Shown: positions 1 to 9,675 of the stretch, in pieces
How positions within the stretch are numbered: position 1 is the first letter of the stretch
Layout: every line of letters starts with the position of its first letter
NCBI GenBank assembly: GCA_965204745.1
Contig: OZ242010.1
Span: 1,344,001-1,408,000 of the forward strand
DNA: 64,000 nt
Source: Candidatus Latescibacterota bacterium
GTDB taxonomy: Bacteria > Latescibacterota > UBA2968
Direction of reading: 5' to 3'
Made by a program: the position numbers and the translations under genes
Notes under the pieces: generated by a model
What the model saw: the letters and a program-made list of their open reading frames with translations, nothing else
Told to the model about the DNA's origin: nothing
Database searches by the model: none

Positions 1-3000
1 GCGGGCAATACGCCACATTTACTCGCGAGATCAACAAGCGGATACACACGCCGACCGTGGTGCTGTTCAAGACCGCAACCGATCTGTTGACCCTATCCTT
101 TGTTCACCGCCGCGAACACAAGCGCGATTCCAACCGCGATGTGCTCGGCCATGTGTCGCTGATCCGAGAGATCGATCCCATCAAGCCGCATCGCGCTCAC
201 TTAGATATTTTGTCCGATTTATCGCTACCGCAACGGTTGGCGTGGATGGACGCCCACGACAAGCCGCACAATTTTGATGGCCTGTTGGCCGCTTGGCTCA
301 ACGCGCTGGATACCGAAGCACTGAACAGGCGGTTCTACGGGGATTTGTTCGGCTGGTTTGAATGCGCCATCCGCGAGGCCCAATTCCCGTCTTCTCGTCA
401 GAAGCGGACGTTGCCACCTGAAGAACATATCATCCGCTTGATCACTCGGTTGATGTTCGTTTGGTTCATCAAGGAAAAAAGATTGATCGCAACGGATCTG
501 TTCATCGAGGATCAGATCGCCAGGTTGCTGAAAAACTATGACCGCGACGCGGGCGATTCGTATTATCGCGCTGTGTTGCAAAATCTGTTTTTCGCTACGC
601 TCAACACCGAGAAAAACAGACGCGGTTTTAGCCAGGGGAGCAACGCCACGCACCGCGATTTCTCCCGCTATCGGTACGAGAACGAGATCGCTGACCCCAC
701 CCAGTTGCTCGACCTGTTCGATCAAACGCCGTTCATCAATGGCGGCCTGTTTGATTGCCTCGACAGCGAGGCGGGCACCCGCGCTGGCGGCTATCGCATC
801 GACTGTTTCACCGACACCCCCGGTCAACGCCGCGACTATTCTATCCCCAACCGCCTGTTTTTTGACCATGACGGGCTGATTCCCCTGTTCAACCGCTACA
901 AGTTCACGGTGGAGGAGAACACGCCTGTCGAGCAAGAAGTCGCGCTTGACCCCGAGCTTCTCGGCAAGGTGTTCGAGAATCTCCTCGCCGCGTACAACCC
1001 CGAAACCCGCGACACCGCCCGCAAGCAAACAGGCTCGTACTACACGCCGCGCCCTGTGGTGGATTACATGGTGGATGAGGCATTGGTCGCGGCGTTGGCT
1101 CAAGCGTGTTCGCCAAGCGATGCCGACACAGGGTTTTGGCAAGATCGGTTGCGCTATTTGTTGGACTACGAGGATGCGTTCAACGACGCCCATGAACTGT
1201 TTGAAGAGGATGAAACCGCGGGCATTGTGCGGGCGATTTCCGAGATTAAAGTGCTCGATCCTGCGGTCGGTTCCGGCGCGTTCCCGATGGGCATGTTGCA
1301 CAAGATGGCGATGGCCTTGCGTCGCCTTGACCCGGATAACCAACGCTGGGCCACCTTGCAAAAAGAACGCGCTCGCGCCAAGGCAGACGCGGCGTTTGAT
1401 ACGAAAAATCAGCGAGAACGCGATGCCGAGTTGCTGGCGATCAGCGAGATCTTCGAGCGGTATTCGGGCGACTTTGGGCGCAAGTTGTATCTGATTCAAA
1501 ACAGCATTTTCGGCGTGGATATTCAGCCTATCGCCACGCAGATCGCCAAGTTGCGATTTTTCATCTCCCTCGCCATCGAGCAAGAGCCGGACGAGAACGC
1601 GCCCAACTTCGGCATCAAGCCCTTGCCCAATTTGGAAACGCGCTTTATCGCCGCGGATACGCTGATGCAACTCAAGGCCGCGGATCAACTGGACTTGTTC
1701 CGCCAACAAATTGAAGCCCTGCAAACAAAACTGACGGAAAACCGCGAGCGACATTTTCACGCGACCACGCGCCCGAAAAAACTCGCGTGCAGAGATGCGG
1801 ACAACCAGTTGCGCCGCGCATTGGCAGACGAACTCAACTCTGCCGGCCTTCCCGAAGATGATGCGAAGAAAATCACGCATTGGGATCCCTACGACCAAAA
1901 CGCCAAAGCCGACTGGTTCGATCCCGAATATATGTTCGGCATCGCGGACGGGTTCGACATCGTGATCGGCAATCCGCCGTATGTCGAGTCGCGGAATAGC
2001 TTGTTGTCGGCTGAACAGAAAACATCCTATTGCAACCGAGTTCTTTCCGATTGGGGAGAAACACTCCCGCGTGGCAGTGATCTGCTGATTTACTTTTATG
2101 CCCGTGCCGCAAAACTATTGTCCGAGACCGGCTGTGGTTGTTTTATTACGCAAAACGCTTGGCTCAGTACCGACTATGGGCAGAAATTTCAAACATTCTC
2201 CATTGGAAAATTCTCATTCGAGAAAATCATCGACACTTCCGCCAAATTTTTTTTGGACGCCAAAAGCCAAAATATCAATGCGGTCATCACACTTTTTACC
2301 CCGAAACCGTTGCAGACCATAGAATACGGAATCGCCAACAGCGATATGGCGATGGCCTCAAAAAGACATATTGCCGCCCGACAAACGATGAAGTGGGGGC
2401 ATCTCTTTGCCATGCCGCCATTCTTCGCAGATATATTGACAACAATGGCTACCAACGCCGGCGCGGGCAATACGATCACCTTCGGACAAGGGCTCAATTT
2501 TCCCTTGAAGAAACGCAACGAGTTGGATGCCGATGTGCCCGTCATTGTCAAAGCCGCCCAGTTTGTCGCGGTTTCGGCTGACGACAAAATCGGGAAAGCG
2601 TTGGTTTCATCTCGCAGAAAAGACAAAATTCCAGCCCTCATTCTGCCGCGTGGAATCGGCAGTAGGCACTATTGCACCTTTAATTTGTGCCGAGCATTTT
2701 CATACAGCCATGTGGAACTCTATCTCCCCGATGACCTTTGGGAATCCGATTTGCACTATTGTCTATGGGCGTACCTGAACTCATCGTTTGTCTGTCTTTT
2801 CCGAGAGATTACGGGGCGGAAAAATCTCGGTGGCGGTATGTTGAAAGCCGAAGCAACGGACATGAAGGCGTTGCCCGTCAATTTTGACTTTGATTTCGCC
2901 GCAGATGCGAAGGAGGTTTTTGACACTGTGACGCACCGAGCACCCTTGCCCATAGCAGAGGAAGTGACCACGCGAGCGCATTTGTCGCTCGATGACATGA

Positions 3001-3104
3001 TTGCCGACTACTTCGGCTTTCGAGGACTAACAGAAACAATTAGACAGACCCTCGTCGAACATGTCCATTTCCGGGTCGACAGAGCACGCGCCCAAAGTGT
3101 CTGA
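1..3104 (+). CDS. Eco57I/type IIG-like N6-adenine DNA methyltransferase with C-terminal specificity region, copy A (5' end outside window)
   Basis: Motifs GSYYTPR, DPAVGSGAF (SAM binding) and IGNPPYV (catalytic). Colinear with 49087-51070 up to NPPYV. Confidence 0.9.
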   Translation, partial: GQYATFTREINKRIHTPTVVLFKTATDLLTLSFVHRREHKRDSNRDVLGHVSLIREIDPIKPHRAHLDILSDLSLPQRLAWMDAHDKPHNFDGLLAAWLNALDTEALNRRFYGDLFGWFECAIREAQFPSSRQKRTLPPEEHIIRLITRLMFVWFIKEKRLIATDLFIEDQIARLLKNYDRDAGDSYYRAVLQNLFFATLNTEKNRRGFSQGSNATHRDFSRYRYENEIADPTQLLDLFDQTPFINGGLFDCLDSEAGTRAGGYRIDCFTDTPGQRRDYSIPNRLFFDHDGLIPLFNRYKFTVEENTPVEQEVALDPELLGKVFENLLAAYNPETRDTARKQTGSYYTPRPVVDYMVDEALVAALAQACSPSDADTGFWQDRLRYLLDYEDAFNDAHELFEEDETAGIVRAISEIKVLDPAVGSGAFPMGMLHKMAMALRRLDPDNQRWATLQKERARAKADAAFDTKNQRERDAELLAISEIFERYSGDFGRKLYLIQNSIFGVDIQPIATQIAKLRFFISLAIEQEPDENAPNFGIKPLPNLETRFIAADTLMQLKAADQLDLFRQQIEALQTKLTENRERHFHATTRPKKLACRDADNQLRRALADELNSAGLPEDDAKKITHWDPYDQNAKADWFDPEYMFGIADGFDIVIGNPPYVESRNSLLSAEQKTSYCNRVLSDWGETLPRGSDLLIYFYARAAKLLSETGCGCFITQNAWLSTDYGQKFQTFSIGKFSFEKIIDTSAKFFLDAKSQNINAVITLFTPKPLQTIEYGIANSDMAMASKRHIAARQTMKWGHLFAMPPFFADILTTMATNAGAGNTITFGQGLNFPLKKRNELDADVPVIVKAAQFVAVSADDKIGKALVSSRRKDKIPALILPRGIGSRHYCTFNLCRAFSYSHVELYLPDDLWESDLHYCLWAYLNSSFVCLFREITGRKNLGGGMLKAEATDMKALPVNFDFDFAADAKEVFDTVTHRAPLPIAEEVTTRAHLSLDDMIADYFGFRGLTETIRQTLVEHVHFRVDRARAQSV

Positions 3105-3156
3105 ATCGCGGATTAAACGGATTACGCGGATGAACGCGGATTGGGTTGGCAGGTAG
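3098..3156. repeat. Palindromic TGTCTGAATCGCGGATT element, left arm only
   Basis: TGTCTGAATCGCGGATTAAACGGATTACGCGGATGAACGCGGATTGGGTTGGCAGGTAG matches the arms at 9617, 48350, 52358 and 54389. Supplies GTC-TGA to the MTase. Confidence 0.85.
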
Positions 3157-3275
3157 AGAGAAGAAAGTGAAATGTAGAGGACGCGAGTCGTGCAGAGAAA
3201 GTGAATGAAAGCGATTTTAGGGGCGTGGTCCCCGTGCCCGCCCAAGGATAATGACACGACAGGGAGTTCTGTAGC

Positions 3276-3560
3276 ATGGATATTGGATTTATATGGGACG
3301 AAGACAAATATCGAGAAGTGCAAAGAAAGCATGATGTCAAGTTTTACGAGGTGGTTTTCGCATTTGATGACCCAAAAGGATACGAAACCTTAGATCCAGA
3401 AGGCCATGAAGATCGGTGGATGTGGGTAGGCGCAACAGTTAATGGTCGGGTGTTGGCTGTGATCTGCTCCGAAGAAGATGCCCCACTCTATCGCCTTATC
3501 ACCGCATTTGATGCAGAAGGGAGATTTCTCAATGAGTACTCCAACAGAAGTGGAATTTGA
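3276..3560 (+). CDS. BrnT-family ribonuclease toxin
   Basis: F.WD..K.....KH.V.F.E....F.DP N-terminus, E.R...VG and RLITA motifs; 94 aa. Confidence 0.8.
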   Translation: MDIGFIWDEDKYREVQRKHDVKFYEVVFAFDDPKGYETLDPEGHEDRWMWVGATVNGRVLAVICSEEDAPLYRLITAFDAEGRFLNEYSNRSGI

Positions 3561-6500
3561 TTATCAAACGTATATGAAGGAAAACACCCCCGAAATTTAT
3601 CGTGGGCCAGAGGCGCGTCGAAAAAGACGAGAGGCCGCCAGAGCGCGGGTTTTTCCAAACAAGACCCACATCGTTCGTGCCGCCGACCTCGAACAATATG
3701 CGAATAGCATAAACAGCCAAACCGTAATACCAGAATTGATCTACTTGCTTGTAAAGCAGTCTATCTCTAATGCCTCTGTGTGCCGCATTCCCTACGGAGA
3801 CGCTGTAAATCAAAGCGGTTGGGATGGGATCGTTGAAGCTGAATCGGCGTTTCTCGAGTTCGTCCCGGATGGCAGATCGTACTGGGAGATCGGCACCGGA
3901 AACGATCCGCAGGCCAAGGCGACCAAAGACTTCAAAAAGAGAACAAGCCAACTCTCCGCCGATGATCGGGCCCAAGGTTCATTTGTTTTTGTGACTCCTC
4001 GTTTCGCTGGGTGGGGAGCACCGGAACAAATAAGGTGGCTGGAACGCAGAAAAGATAAAGGTTGGAAAGATATCCGCATTATCGACGGCGTTAAGCTCGC
4101 CGATTGGTTGCGGGAATTTCCCGCCGTGGGCCAGTGGATGGCAGGAAAGATAGGCTTGTCGAGCAACTCAGGTGTGATTTCTACTCCGAGGGAGCATTGG
4201 GAAAATATCGTCTCTCTGACTAAACTGGGCGATCCCCCCATTCCACCAACACTATTCACTGAAGGGCGTAGCCATGCCTGCAATGCGCTTCAGGCACTAT
4301 TCGAAGGCACCTCGCAAAAGTTGCAGTTGTTGATGTTTGCAGAAGGCGAGCAAGATGTCGCCGATTTCGTTGCAGCTTACATTGAGACTCTTGATGAAGA
4401 TACCGCAAGAGATTACGCCAACCGATGCCTCTATATCGCTGAAGAAGACGCTTGGCGTACGGTTGTAGAAGTTCGGAAATCACATGTTTTGGTCGCTAAT
4501 CCTCGGCTCAATTTGGAGTCGGACGAGCGAGCCGGTCTCCTAACAATCGCCACGCGAAAAGGACACGCGGTCATAGTTCCTCTTTGCGGTGCATTTGCAA
4601 GGGGAAATTCTGAGATCATCAAACTACAAAGTCCATCTCAACTCCAGATAGAAAAGGTTCTGAAAGAGGCAGATTACTCGGATGTACGCTCGCGAGAACT
4701 AGCGGGCATTGGAGGTGATCGACTGTCCGCTTTACTCAGAAACTTACGTGGTTTTGGGGCTGTGCCGCCCTATGCAAAATGGAAAAATGCGAGACTCATT
4801 GCACAGGCAGGGCTCGCCGGAAAGTGGGATGGAAAAAGCGCGGCAGATCGGGAGGCTTTGGAGAGTTTGTTGAAAAAAGAATATGGGGAGTGGATCGAGA
4901 CACTGAGACCTGACGCGCTTCGCTCGGACTCTCCCCTGATTCAACGCGATGAAAAATGGCGATTCGTCGTGCGGGGGGAAGCATGGAGCGCGTTGGGGAA
5001 CAGAATAACGGATGAAGACCTCAATCGGCTCGAAGAGACTGCCGTTGCCGTTCTAGGGGAAAGAGATCCAGAATTTGACTTGCCCAAAGAGAAACGATTC
5101 GCGGCGAGCATTCACGGCAAACAACTGAAACATTCCCGTCTGCTCCGCGAAGGCATGGCAGAAACACTCGCTCTTGTAGGCAGTCGCTCAGAAGCACTTT
5201 CCGAGTGTTCGTTTAGAAAAGCCGAATACGTGGCTGTTCGCACCGTCCAACGACTTTTGGCGAGTGCGAAATGGGACCGCTGGGCGAGTTTGGATTCGCT
5301 GTTGCCACTTCTCGCTGAAGCGGCTCCCAACGAGTTTCTCGCCGCTGTCGAGTCAGCATTGGTGGATTTAGACCAATCTCCATTTCACGAGGTTTTTGCC
5401 CAAGAAAGCAGTGGAGGCATAGGAGGGGGGAACTACATGAGTGGCCTATTGTGGGCTTTGGAAACCCTTGCCTGGCATCCAGATTTCCTTTCTCGGGTAG
5501 CCGTTATCCTATCCGACCTCGCTTCGATTGATCCCGGAGGGAATTGGGCAAATCGGCCGTTTAATTCCCTCTTCGATATCTTCTTACCTTGGCATGTGCA
5601 AACGAGTGCCTCACTCGAGAAACGAAAGGCAGCTATCAAAAACGTGCTCCAAAAGCAACCAGAAGTAGGTTGGCAGTTAATTCTAGGTCTATTACCACAC
5701 AATCATGGTTTCACTATTGGATGCCATCAACCGACTTGGCGGGACTACATTCCGAGAGACTGGAAGGATGATGTCTCGGGGGCAGAGTATTGGGAACAAA
5801 TAACGATTTACACCGAAATGGCAATAGAACTCGCAAAGACGAGCACTGAGAACCTGGGCGAGTTGATCAACTGTATGTCCGATTTACCCAACTCTGCACT
5901 CGATAATCTTCTAGAACACTTAGCCTCAGAAGAGGTCGTAGCTTTGCCCGAGGCTGATCGCGTTTTAATCTGGGAAAGGTTAGATGGTCTAGTGCGCCAA
6001 CACCGAAAATTTGCGGACGCTGAGTGGGCAATGCCGAAAGGCACCATTTCAAGAATTGAGACTGTGGCAAATACCTTGGCACCCGAGACTCCAGTACGGA
6101 AATATTGTTATCTATTTAATAATCAAGGTTTTGATCTTTTTTTTGATGATACGGAAAATTACGAGGAACAAAAAAAACGCCTTGATAAAGCTCAACGGGA
6201 TGCTGTGCAAAAAATTCTCGATACAGGAGGCGTGTCTGCTGTACTGGATTTCGCTCAGAGTGTTGCTATACCTGGCAAAGTTGGAGATGCTTTGAGTAGT
6301 ATCGAAAATGAAGATATTGAGGTGGAAATTCTTCCGTCTCTGCTTAATACTGAAGACGAAACCGCAAAGCGGGTTGTATCTGGATTTGTTCAGGGACGAT
6401 TCCAGAAATCGAGTTGGACTTGGGTTGATCAAGTTCTCGGGAACTCTTGGAACGACACCCAGAAAAATGCGTTCCTAATTTTGCTTCCATTTGAGGATGG

Positions 6501-7467
6501 CGTCTGGAGTCGAGTAGAAGAACACCTCGGCAGAGAGAATGAGAGGCTCTATTGGCAAAAGGTCGCCGTAAATCCGTTTGAACCAGAGCGAGACTTGACT
6601 TTGGCGATTGAGAAGTTGCTCGAATATGAACGGGCTCCCGAAGCTGTCCTTTGTGTTTCTCGCACCGTCAACGACAGAGAAAGATCTAAGGAAGACCTTG
6701 CAATTCGAGCACTTCTCTCGGTGCTGGAGAAGTCTGATGTGGATGTTCAGCTAGATCAATATCAGACTGTCGAGGTGATAAAGTGCCTTCAGAAATCCCC
6801 CTCCGTTGACCGAGAAGTTCTTTGCGAGATTGAGTGGTGCTTCCTATCAATGTTGCGTTTCTCAACCGGATCACCCGTTACACTCGAAAGTCGTCTTGCT
6901 TCGGAGCCTGCCTTCTTCGCTGAGATCGTCGCTTACGCCTTTCGTTCAAAGAACGAGGCTGAAAGCGACGACGAACCGAGCGCAGAAAGGAAGGCGACGG
7001 CCATGAATGCCTACAGACTTCTAAACGAATGGAGAGGGTGCCCCGGCAAACTTTCCGATGACGCCTTTAACAAAAAAATATTCACGAATTGGTTGAATGA
7101 GGCCATGCGAATTACGAAAGAGACCGGTCACAGTGAGATCGCTCAGAATCGGATCGGCCACGTATTGACAAATGCACCCAAAGATCCCAACGGCCTATGG
7201 ATACATCGAGCAGTCGCGTCGGCATTGAACGAAAGAGACGCAGGAAAAATGCGTTCTGGCTTTACGATTGAGCTTTACAATCAGCGAGGCGTCCATGGCT
7301 TCACTGCCGGAAGAGAAGAGCGAGAACTGGCGCAACGAAATCGCGAAAAGGCAGAGGCCCTTGAAACAGCAGGTTATTCGAGATTTGCAACTGCAATGCG
7401 CGAGTTTGCAAGGGGCTATGAACGAGATGCGGAACGTGATGCACAGAGAAGCCCATTCGAAGAGTGA
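3532..7467 (+). CDS. 1311-aa putative defence protein: N-terminal PD-(D/E)XK-like domain plus long helical region, with a ~40-aa antitoxin-like leader
   Basis: Long ORF with RBS GAAGGGAG before ATG 3532, overlapping brnT. GWDG...YWEIG...KAT.D..KR pattern resembles a restriction-nuclease fold. Confidence 0.6.
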   Translation: MSTPTEVEFDYQTYMKENTPEIYRGPEARRKRREAARARVFPNKTHIVRAADLEQYANSINSQTVIPELIYLLVKQSISNASVCRIPYGDAVNQSGWDGIVEAESAFLEFVPDGRSYWEIGTGNDPQAKATKDFKKRTSQLSADDRAQGSFVFVTPRFAGWGAPEQIRWLERRKDKGWKDIRIIDGVKLADWLREFPAVGQWMAGKIGLSSNSGVISTPREHWENIVSLTKLGDPPIPPTLFTEGRSHACNALQALFEGTSQKLQLLMFAEGEQDVADFVAAYIETLDEDTARDYANRCLYIAEEDAWRTVVEVRKSHVLVANPRLNLESDERAGLLTIATRKGHAVIVPLCGAFARGNSEIIKLQSPSQLQIEKVLKEADYSDVRSRELAGIGGDRLSALLRNLRGFGAVPPYAKWKNARLIAQAGLAGKWDGKSAADREALESLLKKEYGEWIETLRPDALRSDSPLIQRDEKWRFVVRGEAWSALGNRITDEDLNRLEETAVAVLGERDPEFDLPKEKRFAASIHGKQLKHSRLLREGMAETLALVGSRSEALSECSFRKAEYVAVRTVQRLLASAKWDRWASLDSLLPLLAEAAPNEFLAAVESALVDLDQSPFHEVFAQESSGGIGGGNYMSGLLWALETLAWHPDFLSRVAVILSDLASIDPGGNWANRPFNSLFDIFLPWHVQTSASLEKRKAAIKNVLQKQPEVGWQLILGLLPHNHGFTIGCHQPTWRDYIPRDWKDDVSGAEYWEQITIYTEMAIELAKTSTENLGELINCMSDLPNSALDNLLEHLASEEVVALPEADRVLIWERLDGLVRQHRKFADAEWAMPKGTISRIETVANTLAPETPVRKYCYLFNNQGFDLFFDDTENYEEQKKRLDKAQRDAVQKILDTGGVSAVLDFAQSVAIPGKVGDALSSIENEDIEVEILPSLLNTEDETAKRVVSGFVQGRFQKSSWTWVDQVLGNSWNDTQKNAFLILLPFEDGVWSRVEEHLGRENERLYWQKVAVNPFEPERDLTLAIEKLLEYERAPEAVLCVSRTVNDRERSKEDLAIRALLSVLEKSDVDVQLDQYQTVEVIKCLQKSPSVDREVLCEIEWCFLSMLRFSTGSPVTLESRLASEPAFFAEIVAYAFRSKNEAESDDEPSAERKATAMNAYRLLNEWRGCPGKLSDDAFNKKIFTNWLNEAMRITKETGHSEIAQNRIGHVLTNAPKDPNGLWIHRAVASALNERDAGKMRSGFTIELYNQRGVHGFTAGREERELAQRNREKAEALETAGYSRFATAMREFARGYERDAERDAQRSPFEE

Positions 7468-7540
7468 CCCGCCTCATTTCTGAGATCACCGCTACGAATC
7501 AGTGCTCGTTTGTCTGCTCATTGACTGAAAGGACTGAAAA

Positions 7541-8020
7541 TTGGAGATACAGATTTTGAGCGTATATGCAGATACGTCTGTTTTCGGGGGCGCATTCGAT
7601 GAAGAATTTGAGCAAGCCAGTCAGTCCTTTTTCGATATGGTTCGACGGGGGGATTTTAACCTGCTAACATCTGTCGTGGTGCAAGAGGAAATTGAGCATG
7701 CACCTGCGAAAATTGGAGAGCTCTTTGACGAGATGCTCAATTTTGCAGAAATTGTAGAGATTTCTGAAGGTGCTTTGCAACTCCAGCGATCTTATTTAGA
7801 TGCAGAAATCGTAACAAAAAAGTGGGCAACAGACGCGCTCCATGTTGCGTTAGCCACTATCGGGGAGTGTTCTATGATCGTAAGTTGGAATTTCAGACAT
7901 ATCGTGCATTTTTCAAAAATTTCGCTCTACAATGCGGTCAACACCCGTTCTGGCTACTCAAATATTGCTATCCATTCTCCTCAAGAGGTGATTGACTATG
8001 AAGACGAAGAAGACTTTTAA
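7541..8020 (+). CDS. PIN-domain (VapC-like) toxin
   Basis: VYADTSVFGG, DALHVALAT and IVSWNFRH motifs. Confidence 0.85.
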   Translation: MEIQILSVYADTSVFGGAFDEEFEQASQSFFDMVRRGDFNLLTSVVVQEEIEHAPAKIGELFDEMLNFAEIVEISEGALQLQRSYLDAEIVTKKWATDALHVALATIGECSMIVSWNFRHIVHFSKISLYNAVNTRSGYSNIAIHSPQEVIDYEDEEDF

Positions 8021-8177
8021 TTGTGTCGAAATGAAACGGCGTGGTGCGAAAATAATCCACGACCAAATCGCAACTCTGACGCCCAAAGAGCAGCTAATTT
8101 TCTGGCAGAAACGCAACGAGTTGCTAAAAAAGCGTCAAAAAAAAATAAAAACGAAGTATAAGAATTCTGCGGATTAA
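7998..8177 (+). CDS. Small basic protein, likely antitoxin partner of the PIN toxin
   Basis: 59 aa, overlaps the PIN gene end, RBS GAGGTG. Stop codon lies inside the palindromic element. Confidence 0.6.
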   Translation: MKTKKTFNCVEMKRRGAKIIHDQIATLTPKEQLIFWQKRNELLKKRQKKIKTKYKNSAD

Positions 8178-8298
8178 GCGGATTAAGCGGATGAACGCGG
8201 ATTGGGTTGGCAGGTGGCGCAAAGGACATAGCGGGTGTGAAGGGCGGTGGGGTTAATCCGCGCAATCTCCTAATCCGCGAAAATCCGCGATTCAGACA
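8166..8298. repeat. Palindromic element with degenerate left arm
   Basis: GCGGATTAAGCGGATTAAGCGGATGAACGCGGATTGGG ... AATCCGCGATTCAGACA. Confidence 0.8.
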
Positions 8299-8343
8299 AG
8301 GGACTGACCACTGCCGAGGCGGTGTTTCTTGAAAGGAACTTTG

Positions 8344-8661
8344 ATGACAGCCCAAACAAAGACAGGTGCCGTTGCGAATATCGTCAGTGAGACCCTGGCG
8401 CAACGCTTCGGAGACGAGTTTGTGTTTGACCCAATTATCGTAGAACCCGAAATAGACCGCGATGGCGAAGAGTACCTGCACATTACCATTGTATTCGACG
8501 GGAACCAGAAACACCTGGACCCAGAATGGACCGCTGGCCTGCTCGGGCGGATTTTTCCAAAATTGATAGAACTGGGAATAGACGATTTCCCAAGCAAGTC
8601 ATTTGTGGAGAAGTCCGAATGGGAGGCACTCCAAAAAGGAAGGTACTTTGAACCCGCGTGA
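8344..8661 (+). CDS. Hypothetical acidic protein, possible atypical MNT-like partner of the HEPN gene
   Basis: RBS AAAGGA; overlaps the downstream HEPN gene. Lacks the canonical GS...DxD motif. Confidence 0.5.
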   Translation: MTAQTKTGAVANIVSETLAQRFGDEFVFDPIIVEPEIDRDGEEYLHITIVFDGNQKHLDPEWTAGLLGRIFPKLIELGIDDFPSKSFVEKSEWEALQKGRYFEPA

Positions 8662-9124
8662 TCTGCTGAGAATCGCCAGACAATTGGCACGCGGGCCCAA
8701 CAGAGGTCGCCCCCGAGAAGCCAACCTGAGACGGGCTGTGAGTGCCACCTATTACGCGCTGTTCCACGCGCTGGCAACCTGTTGCGCCGACATGCTAGCT
8801 GGCACGACCAGAGCCAACCGCAGCCAACAGGCATGGCGGCAAGCATACCGAGCATTGGAACACGGATACGCCAAAAGCCAATGTCTGAATCAATCTGTTA
8901 TGACCAGGTTCCCGGCAGAAATCCGGAAATTTGGTGAAGTGTTCGTAGATATGCAAAGGCAGCGGCACCGCGCCGACTACGACCCTGGCGCGACATTCAC
9001 CCGTTCAGGCGTCCTACTACGCATTGAAGAAACCGAGAAAACCATAAAGCAGTTTGAGCGCACAACGCCAAACGACCGCCGCGCATTCGCCATCTACGTA
9101 CTGCTTAGATTCAGAAATGAGTAA
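8648..9124 (+). CDS. HEPN-domain protein
   Basis: RRAVSATYYALFHA and RHRADY motifs; TTG start after GGAAGG. Confidence 0.75.
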   Translation: MNPRDLLRIARQLARGPNRGRPREANLRRAVSATYYALFHALATCCADMLAGTTRANRSQQAWRQAYRALEHGYAKSQCLNQSVMTRFPAEIRKFGEVFVDMQRQRHRADYDPGATFTRSGVLLRIEETEKTIKQFERTTPNDRRAFAIYVLLRFRNE

Positions 9125-9171
9125 AAAAATCCTGCCAATCCTCAAATCCCAAATAAAGGATGTAGCGAACA

Positions 9172-9313
9172 CAAACGCCGTAAGTAGGGCAGAGGACGCG
9201 GATTGGGTAGCACAGGTAAAACGAAGGGTGCAGGTGGTACGAAGGACATAGCGGTTGTGGGGAGCGGGGTAATCCGTGAAATCCCAAAATCCGCGTAATC
9301 CGCGATTCAGACA
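9172..9313. repeat. Palindromic element, right part only
   Basis: Homologous to ~54470-54613; ends AATCCGCGTAATCCGCGATTCAGACA. Confidence 0.8.
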
Positions 9314-9324
9314 AGAAAAATAAA

Positions 9325-9555
9325 ATGCGGAACATCAAAGCCAAATTTTTTGAAGGCGTGCTCATACCGCAGGAGAAGCTCGACCTCAAAGAAGGTGCGG
9401 ATGTGGTCATAGCCATCACTGCCCCGCCGGATCGCACACTTGAGACGCTGCGAGCAACAGCGGGGGCATGGAAGGGAACACATGATCCAGAAGCATTGAA
9501 ACAGGCCATCTACGCTGGCCGGCGCACTCTTTCTCGGCCTCAACCAAAGTTGTAA
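9325..9555 (+). CDS. DUF104/AF2212-like antitoxin, copy A
   Basis: IKAKFFEGVLIP.E.LDL.EG..V motif; near-identical to 54625-54858; upstream of vapC. Confidence 0.75.
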   Translation: MRNIKAKFFEGVLIPQEKLDLKEGADVVIAITAPPDRTLETLRATAGAWKGTHDPEALKQAIYAGRRTLSRPQPKL

Positions 9556-9558
9556 TGT

Positions 9559-9675
9559 ATGCAATATCTCGTAGATACAGATTGGGTCATTGACCACCTA
9601 CACGGGCGCGGGAAACTGTCTGAATCGCGGATTAAACGGATGACGCGGATGAACGCGGATTGGGTTGGCAGGTAG
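9559..9675 (+). pseudogene. vapC fragment truncated after 17 codons by the palindromic element
   Basis: MQYLVDTDWVIDHLHGR is identical to the start of 54862, then the frame runs into the element. Confidence 0.85.
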
